From the NCBI GenBank assembly GCA_016704525.1, contig JADIZX010000009.1, positions 1 through 42,624 of the forward strand: a stretch of 42,624 nucleotides of DNA, given 5' to 3'. Shown piece by piece: positions 36,511 to 42,624 of this stretch (positions are counted from its first letter, which is position 1; each line of letters begins with the position of its first letter). Source of the stretch: Myxococcales bacterium (GTDB taxonomy: Bacteria > Myxococcota_A > Polyangia > Polyangiales > Polyangiaceae). A program made the position numbers and the translations under genes. The notes below the pieces were generated by a model that saw nothing but the letters and a program-made list of their open reading frames with translations, made no database searches and was not told the origin of the DNA.

Positions 36511-38391
36511 TCACGGGGAGGGCGCGACCGCGGGGGCCGACGGCTGGTCGAAGCGCGGCGCTCCGACAGCGCGGTCGTTCCGCAAGAAGACCCGCGTGCC
36601 CCTGAAGTTCGCCGTCTCCGTGTAGCTCGCGAAGACCCACGCCGCGCTCTCGGGGCAGTGCTCCTTGAAATCGCGGACCGACTCCTGCCAGGTGATGAGC
36701 GGCGCTTTGTCGTGAAACACGAACGCGGCCGGCGGCTTCGCGCGGAGGCGCGCGAGGAAGTCGCGCTCGTGCTCGTCGCGGAGGGCCACGATCTGGCGGG
36801 CCTGCACGGGGTTGGGGTGGAGGCCGACGGGATCCGGCAGGTTGCCGCCCGCGAGCGCGGCGTCCGGGTTGAGGTCGTAGGCGTAAATGTAGGGCGTCGC
36901 GCTGAGTCGCTGGGCGAGGAAGAGGACGTAGGGGTCCATGCCGTAGGTCTGGACGCGCTCGTCCGGTTGGGTCGTGAGGCGCAGGTACGAGGCGGCCTGA
37001 CGGAGCTCCCACGGGAAGAAGTCGCTCGTCTGGAAGTACACGAGGTAGTCGTGCGACGTGCGCTCGATGGGGTCCCGGGCCTTCGTGAGGAGCCAGAGGC
37101 CCTGCACGTACGGCGAAATCGGCATCAACGTGGCGACCCGCAGCGCGAGCGCGGCGCCCGCAGCGATGGGCAGGAGGCGATCGGGACGCCGCCGGGGCAC
37201 GCGGAAGGTGCGCTCGGCGTACCAGCAGACGAGCAGCACCCACTGGAGGCTCACCCCCGCGCTCACCGGGTGGAAGTGGTAGGGGAACCCTTTGCGCTGC
37301 GCGAGCACGCTCGCGAGGCCGCACAGCGGGGCGAGCGCGATGGCGAGCGCCCGGCGCGGCAGCGTGCCCGTCGCGATGAGGCTCACCATCACCGCGCTCG
37401 TCGCGACCGCCGCCGCGGCGAGGGTGGAGAAGCCATCGAGGCCGAGGATCTCGTAGGGGGTGCGCGGCCAGATGAACCGGTACATGAGCGGCACGTCGAC
37501 GAGGTAGGTGCGGAAGAACACCACCAGGTCCCCGAGGACCGCGAGGTAGAGCAGCTGCGTGGCCGCGCCGAGCGCCGCGCCGACCGCGAAGGCGAAGAGC
37601 CGTCGCTTGCGGGGAGTGGGCACGTCGTCCACGAGGAGGGTCGCGATCTGAACGACCGTGAACAGGGCGTACGTGGGCTTGCCGAACCACAAGATGAGCG
37701 AGAGCGCGCCCGCCCACACGAGCGCAGCGCGCCCAGGGAACCCGGCCCCCTCCCCCGCGCGGCTGATGGCGGCGTCGCACTCGCCGTTCCGCATGCGGTC
37801 TTGGGCGACGAGCTGGAGGCCGAGGGAGGTCAGCAGGAACCAGTCGCAGAAGCTCTCTCGCTGGGCCAAATCCCAAAAGATATAGAGGAGATACTGACCA
37901 CTCAACACCACCCAGGCGGCCAGCGCCCAGCCGGACCGCGACGCGATCTCGCGGACCCACCGGGCGGCCGAGCCCTGCCCGGAAGGGTTCGGCCTCGCCC
38001 GCCGCCCGATCCCGGGGATGCACGCGCCCACGAACGCGAAGGCGACGCCGCTCACGACGAGATCGAGGACATGGAAGACGTGCTCGTCGGCGCCTCCCAG
38101 CTTGAGAAACGCGATGTGGACCAGGTGGGTCAGCGGGCCGTTGACGTCGCGCACGTCGCGGTAGTCCACGTCGCCCTTCAGCACGGCCCAGGCGATGTAC
38201 TGGAAGATCCCCTGGTCGCGCCCGAGCGACACGAGGGTCGCCCGGCGGGTGGCGTCGACCACCCAGTAGAGCGGGGGGAGCGCCACGACCAGCGCGGGGA
38301 GCAGCACCCGGAGGGCTCGCTGCGCCCCGAGGACGAGGCTCTTCTTGCGGGGGCTCGCGGGCATGTCGGCGCCCGGCGTGCTTCCCATCAT
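36511..38391 (-). CDS. GT39/ArnT-like membrane glycosyltransferase (PMT_2-type, dolichyl-phosphate-mannose-protein mannosyltransferase family)
   Basis: Internal ATGATG at 38391. Many TM helices. N-terminal loop with DQGIFQYIAWAVLKG...YRDV..NGPL is typical of GT-C fold PMT_2/ArnT enzymes. The 5' extension of the 847-aa ORF is antisense to the DHH gene and was rejected. Confidence 0.65.
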   Translation of the reverse strand: MMGSTPGADMPASPRKKSLVLGAQRALRVLLPALVVALPPLYWVVDATRRATLVSLGRDQGIFQYIAWAVLKGDVDYRDVRDVNGPLTHLVHIAFLKLGGADEHVFHVLDLVVSGVAFAFVGACIPGIGRRARPNPSGQGSAARWVREIASRSGWALAAWVVLSGQYLLYIFWDLAQRESFCDWFLLTSLGLQLVAQDRMRNGECDAAISRAGEGAGFPGRAALVWAGALSLILWFGKPTYALFTVVQIATLLVDDVPTPRKRRLFAFAVGAALGAATQLLYLAVLGDLVVFFRTYLVDVPLMYRFIWPRTPYEILGLDGFSTLAAAAVATSAVMVSLIATGTLPRRALAIALAPLCGLASVLAQRKGFPYHFHPVSAGVSLQWVLLVCWYAERTFRVPRRRPDRLLPIAAGAALALRVATLMPISPYVQGLWLLTKARDPIERTSHDYLVYFQTSDFFPWELRQAASYLRLTTQPDERVQTYGMDPYVLFLAQRLSATPYIYAYDLNPDAALAGGNLPDPVGLHPNPVQARQIVALRDEHERDFLARLRAKPPAAFVFHDKAPLITWQESVRDFKEHCPESAAWVFASYTETANFRGTRVFLRNDRAVGAPRFDQPSAPAVAPSP

Positions 38392-38511
38392 TGGCCCGGA
38401 GAAGCAAGCGCGGGCCACGCCCCCACCCCCGTGGGGCTGAACACCTGCGACGTGCCCGCAAAGAAGGGCTCGCGTCCCGACCCCAAGAGGGAGCACAATT
38501 CCGCTCCACTC

Positions 38512-39633
38512 ATGAGCGAAGCTGTTCGGCGCCTCAACGTCCCTCAAGCCGGTCCTGCGGAGCGCGCCCGCGCCCTGGCCGAGACCCTCGAGCTGGCTCG
38601 GGGCAAGCATCTGCTGGTCTCGCTGCGCGGCCACCCCGATCCCGACGGGATCGCCTCCGCGCTCGCGCTGTCGCACATCGCGCTCCGGCTCGGTGTGGGG
38701 CACGTGACGGTGGGTTACACCCACGATCTGTCGCACCGCGAGAACCGCGCGCTGGTGAAGCTGCTCAACATCGAGCTCAGAAAGATGCGTAGTGTCGCGG
38801 AGATAGGTCAGGTCGACTACCTCGCGTTCGTCGACTCCCACGACATCGATCCCGACCTCGGGGGCGCCGAGGGCATCGAGGTGCTCGCGATCGTAGACCA
38901 CCACCGCGCGCAGACCCCCCCCAAGGCCCGCTTCGTGGACATGCGCCTCGACGTAGGGGCCACGGCGACGATGCTCTCGGAGTACCTCCAGGAGCTGGCG
39001 CCGCTCGACAACTCGAGCGAGGAAGACCGCCGCGTGGCGACCGCGCTCATGCACGGTCTCGCGACCGACACCGACGACTTCCAGCTCGCCAAGGGCATCG
39101 ACTTCCGGGCCGCGGCCTACCTCACCGAAATGTGCGACAAAGACCTACTCACCGACCTCAGCCGGCGCCTCATCGCGCCCGAGGCGATGGACGTCATCGC
39201 CCGCGCGCTCGCGTCGCTCACGGTCCGGAGAAACTTCGCCATGGCCGGGGTCGGGTTCGTCTCCGACGGCGATCGCGACACGGTCGCGCAGGCCGCCGAC
39301 TTCCTCGTACGCCGCGAGGACATCGACACCGTGGTGGTGTACGGCGTCGTCGGCGAGCGGTTCATCGAAGGATCGCTGCGCACGCATTCGGCGAGCGTCG
39401 ACCCCGCCGCCTGGCTCGAGAAGGCGTTCGGGCACGACGACCGCGGGCGCGCGTACGGCGGCGGCCGCCGCGACAAGGGCGGCTTCCGCATCCCGATCGG
39501 GTTCCTTGGCCGCTCGACCGACCGCGCGCAGCTCTGGCAGCTCGTGGAGCACGCGATGCGGCAGGCGCTCGTGCGCCAGCTCGGCGACGAGGCCATCCCC
39601 CAGCTCCCGCCCTCTGTCCAGACTCCGGGCTGA
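38512..39633 (+). CDS. DHH-family phosphoesterase (NrnA-like oligoribonuclease / pAp phosphatase)
   Basis: DHH motif (LAIVDHHRAQ). DHHA1-type C-terminal region (GGGRRDKGGFRIP). It is the real C-terminal part of a 1089-aa spurious ORF. Confidence 0.75.
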   Translation: MSEAVRRLNVPQAGPAERARALAETLELARGKHLLVSLRGHPDPDGIASALALSHIALRLGVGHVTVGYTHDLSHRENRALVKLLNIELRKMRSVAEIGQVDYLAFVDSHDIDPDLGGAEGIEVLAIVDHHRAQTPPKARFVDMRLDVGATATMLSEYLQELAPLDNSSEEDRRVATALMHGLATDTDDFQLAKGIDFRAAAYLTEMCDKDLLTDLSRRLIAPEAMDVIARALASLTVRRNFAMAGVGFVSDGDRDTVAQAADFLVRREDIDTVVVYGVVGERFIEGSLRTHSASVDPAAWLEKAFGHDDRGRAYGGGRRDKGGFRIPIGFLGRSTDRAQLWQLVEHAMRQALVRQLGDEAIPQLPPSVQTPG

Positions 39634-39640
39634 AGGGTCG

Positions 39641-40603
39641 GTGGCCCGCCTCCGCGTCGCCTTCGTCGGGCTGCCGCTCGCGGCGCTCCTGCTCGCCGCG
39701 GACGGCCACGACGTGGTGTACGCGGGCATTTGCCGGGATCGCGCGCCGGGCACCCGCCGGCTTCGGGCGCGACTCGGCCGGGGCCGCGTGTTCGTGAAGC
39801 CAAGCCTCACCGCCCACGCCGACCGCGTGCGGGCCCTCGCGCCCGACGTCGTGGTGAGCTGGTTCTGGACTCGCAAGGTGCCGGCCTCGTTCCGGGAGGC
39901 CGCCCGCCTCGCGGCGTTCGGCGTGCACCCGTCGCTCCTGCCTCGCCATCGCGGCGGAGACCCGTATTTCGCAGCCATCGATGCCGGGGACACGGTGACC
40001 GGCGTCACCGCACACCTCCTCGAAGACGCCTACGACACGGGGCACGTTCTCGGGCGGCGCGCGCTCACGCTCGACCCGTCGTGGAGCGCGTGGCGGCTGG
40101 CGAAGCGCCTCGATCGCCCCTCGCTCTCGCTGCTCCGGGAGGTGACCCGCGCCTACGCGGAGGGCCGGCCGCCCACGCCCGAGCCTCAAGACGAGGCGCT
40201 CGCGACCGAGGCAGGGCTGCTCTCGGAGGAAGACCTCGAGCTCGATCTGTCCATGACGGCGGAGCAGCTGGCCCGGCGCGTGCGGGCGGCGAGCCCGTAC
40301 CCGGGCGCGTACCTGTTCGTGGGCGAGGCGCTCCTCACCATCGTCCGCGCCGAGGCGACGCCGGCCGCGCCGCACGGTCTTCAGCCCGGCGAGATCGCCG
40401 TGGATCCGGGGGGCGCGGCGATCGTCAAGACCCGCGATGGCGGCCTCCGTCTGCTCGCGGCGCGCCTCGCTGACGACGACGACGACGCGCCGGACGAAGC
40501 GGGCGAGCGCGAGCCGGGGCCGGAGCGGGAGCTGGATCGTGGCGAGATCGCCGATCTCGTGCGCGCGCTCGCGCGTGGAGGCGAGGAAAGACGGTTCCCT
40601 TGA
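39641..40603 (+). CDS. formyltransferase-family protein (Fmt/PurN-like fold)
   Basis: GTG at 39641 with SD gaaggg. LRVAFVGLP...VVVSWFWTRKVP...HPSLLPRHRGGDP... is the formyl-transferase N-domain signature. Not the canonical Fmt N-terminus, so the substrate is unassigned. Confidence 0.6.
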   Translation: MARLRVAFVGLPLAALLLAADGHDVVYAGICRDRAPGTRRLRARLGRGRVFVKPSLTAHADRVRALAPDVVVSWFWTRKVPASFREAARLAAFGVHPSLLPRHRGGDPYFAAIDAGDTVTGVTAHLLEDAYDTGHVLGRRALTLDPSWSAWRLAKRLDRPSLSLLREVTRAYAEGRPPTPEPQDEALATEAGLLSEEDLELDLSMTAEQLARRVRAASPYPGAYLFVGEALLTIVRAEATPAAPHGLQPGEIAVDPGGAAIVKTRDGGLRLLAARLADDDDDAPDEAGEREPGPERELDRGEIADLVRALARGGEERRFP

Positions 40604-40717
40604 ACCGAAGGCTTACGTAGACTGAGGCGCTCGACCATTCGCGCCCCCTCGGCCCCGCAAGAGAGCCATCGGGTATTGACTGCCCACGCTGGGATCAGAG
40701 CCTCAGGAGAGTGCCCC

Positions 40718-42071
40718 GTGTCCGACCCCGTGACCACTTCGCGTTCTGCCCGTGAATCCTTGGCTCGTGGCCTCGCCGCGCTCCAGGTCGACCCAAGCAC
40801 TCCGCCCGCCATCCTCGAGATAGCAGAGCCCATCGCGCTCGCCATGGGCTCGCTCCACAAAATCGAGAGCTCGCAAGGGGCAGCGCTCGTGCCCAACGCG
40901 GAGACCGCGCTCGGTCACGTGCGGGCCGCGCTGTCGCAGCTCCAGGCGCAGACCTCCGGCCACCCCTCGGTGCCCAACGCCATGGAGGCGGTCGCGGCGT
41001 CGCTCGGCCTCGTGCACCAGCTCTCGAAGATGGTGACCGGGCCGTCGGTCGCGCCGGCCGGCCGCGCCGGCCGCGCCCGTGCAAGTCGCCCCCGTCGCCC
41101 CCGTCGCCCCCGCCGCCCCCGCCGCCCCCACCGCCCCCGCCGCGGCAGCGGTCCCACGCCTCGGGACCCAGCCGCTCGCTCCGGCGATGGCCCCGCGGCC
41201 CGTGGCGGCCCCGCAGGCCCCGATGGCGCAAGCCCCGATGGCCCCGCAAGCCCCGATGGCCCCGCAAGCCCCGATGGCCCCGCAAGCCCCGATGGCCCCG
41301 CAAGCCCCGACGGCCCCGCAAGCCCCGGCGTTCGCTCACCAGCCCGTGGCTCACCAGCCCGCTCCCCAGCAGGCCCCGCAGTTCGCCCCCCCGCCCGTGG
41401 CTCACCAGCCCGCTCCCCAGCAGGCCCCGCTGCAGGCGCCGCCGCAAGCGTTCGCGCCCCAGCCCATGGCCCAGCAGCCCGCGCCTCCGCAGGCGTTCGC
41501 GCCCCAGCCCGTCGCGGCCCCCCAGTTCGCTCCCGCGCAGCAGCCCGCTCCGCAGTTTGCCGCGCCTCCGCAGCAGCAGCCCACGCTGGCGCAGACCGTG
41601 GCGCTCGGCCAGCCCCAGCCCCAGGGTATGCAGCACACGCTCCCGGTAGCCCCCCAGGCCGCGCCGGACCCGTTCGCGGCGCCCCGCGGCTCCGCTCCCG
41701 CGCCTGCGCCCGCCGCCGCCGGAGGCCCAGGCCGGCCGGTGCCGGTGCTGAACGCCGACCTCGGCGCCCACAGCCCCACGAACTTCTACAAGGGGCTCTC
41801 GGGCAACGACGTCGTCGATCACGGCGGCCTGTTCGTTGCAACCTACATGATCCCGAAGATCGGCAGCCCAGTGCGGCTGCACGTCTCGCTGCCCGGCGGG
41901 TATGAGTTCGACGCGGAGGCGATCGTGCGCTGGGCGCGGGACCAGGCCGGCAGCTCGGAGAGCGCGCTCCCCGGCTTCGGCGCGCAGTTCACGAACATCT
42001 CGCCGGAAGCGCGCCAGCTCATTTACCGCTACGTGCGCAACCGCGAGCCGCTCTTCCACGACGACCTGTAG
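40718..42071 (+). CDS. PilZ-domain protein with a novel N-terminal domain and a Pro/Ala/Gln-rich repetitive linker; apparent frameshift at about 41034-41075
   Basis: GTG at 40718 with SD aggaga 8 nt upstream. The N-domain (about 110 aa) is in frame 2. From about 41079 the sensible frame is frame 0 (APMAPQ x5 encoded by an 18-bp tandem repeat at 41218-41325). It ends in a PilZ domain (GLFVATYMIPKIGSPVRLHVSLPGGYEFDAEAIVRWARD...GFGAQFTNISPEARQLIYRYV). Frame 2 continues as Arg-rich nonsense. Confidence 0.6.
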
Positions 42072-42102
42072 AGCACCCGTAGTTGCGTAGCAGGCGGCTC
42101 GA

Positions 42103-42552
42103 GTGAGCGTCCCGCGCCTCTCCCCGGCGGAGGCTCTGGCCCTATTGCATGAGGGTTACACGTACCTGGACGTGCGCTCCGAGAGCGAGTTCGCCGAGGG
42201 CCACCCCGAGGGCGCGGTCAACGTGCCCTGGCGCGTGGACGGCCCGATCGGCACCCTGCCGAACGAGGCCTTCCTCGACGTGGTCGCCCGCGCCTTCGGC
42301 GAGGAGGCGCGGCTCGTCGTGGGCTGCCACTCCGGCGGCCGCTCCCGGCAGGCCGCTGCGGCCCTCGCCGCCCAAGGGTTCCGCGCGATCGTCGAGCAAC
42401 GCGCGGGCTGGGACGGCGCGCGCGGCGCGTTCGGCGAGATCGTCGAGCCCGGGTGGCGGCGCCAGGGTCTCACGCGCTCCACCGCGGGCACCTCGTACGC
42501 GGCGCTGCTCGCGTCCTTGGAGCGCGCGCTCCCCGTGGCGCCAGCCCCCTGA
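42103..42552 (+). CDS. rhodanese-domain sulfurtransferase
   Basis: GTG start. Single rhodanese domain with the active-site Cys loop (VVGCHSGGRSRQAA). Confidence 0.7.
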   Translation: MSVPRLSPAEALALLHEGYTYLDVRSESEFAEGHPEGAVNVPWRVDGPIGTLPNEAFLDVVARAFGEEARLVVGCHSGGRSRQAAAALAAQGFRAIVEQRAGWDGARGAFGEIVEPGWRRQGLTRSTAGTSYAALLASLERALPVAPAP

Positions 42553-42624
42553 CGCGGCCTCAGCTCCGTGACGCCGTGCGCTCGCGGAGCCTCAGCGGCG
42601 GGCGCGCTCGTAGTCGGCTGCCGC

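Noticed and set aside
36364-39633. 1089-aa + strand ORF
   Set aside because: Its first about 715 aa are antisense to the GT39-like membrane protein and are Arg/Gly/Glu low-complexity. Only the last 374 aa (from ATG 38512) form the DHH phosphoesterase.

Overview
This 42.6-kb window is very GC-rich (about 70% GC) and full of lipoproteins; it is probably from a myxobacterium (Myxococcota, Sorangiineae-like), though that is an inference from composition and gene content (lipoproteins, PEGA, PilZ and Rpn-family proteins).

The 5' third (about 3.2-17.7 kb) is an accessory, defence-type region. It starts with a PIN/RHH toxin-antitoxin pair. Next comes a Type I restriction-modification locus on the minus strand, with an intact hsdM, an hsdS broken by several frameshifts, and a 1157-aa hsdR placed about 4 kb away. 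The gap between hsdM and hsdR holds cargo: a small acidic ORF, an overlapping pair encoding a small protein and a minimal-nucleotidyltransferase-fold protein, an XRE-HTH/ImmA-IrrE metallopeptidase fusion, and a DUF559 (Vsr-like) endonuclease. An Rpn-family PD-(D/E)xK nuclease sits just upstream of hsdR. A MITE-like palindromic repeat family with terminal inverted repeats occurs three times, including a roughly 1-kb array of four tandem 243-bp units.

Immediately downstream of hsdS is a stretch of about 1.34 kb that contains no T at all, only about 2% A, and homopolymer runs of up to about 54 G. I consider this most likely a sequencing or assembly artefact, but it should be checked directly.

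The remaining roughly 25 kb look like core genome. Genes I can support there are lipoproteins, a porin-like beta-barrel, tRNA-Ser(CGA), a WbuC cupin, an FKBP isomerase, a VOC protein, a TlpA-like redoxin, two YceI paralogues, a patatin-like protein, a purine nucleoside phosphorylase and cytidine deaminase pair, a PEGA protein, ppk1, a GT39-like membrane glycosyltransferase, a DHH phosphoesterase, a formyltransferase, a PilZ protein and a rhodanese.

Several genes carry apparent frameshifts inside GC-rich simple repeats or homopolymers (hsdS, the porin and the PilZ gene). With the G/C-only tract, this points to indel-prone sequence quality in this window rather than true pseudogenes, but I cannot decide that from the sequence alone.
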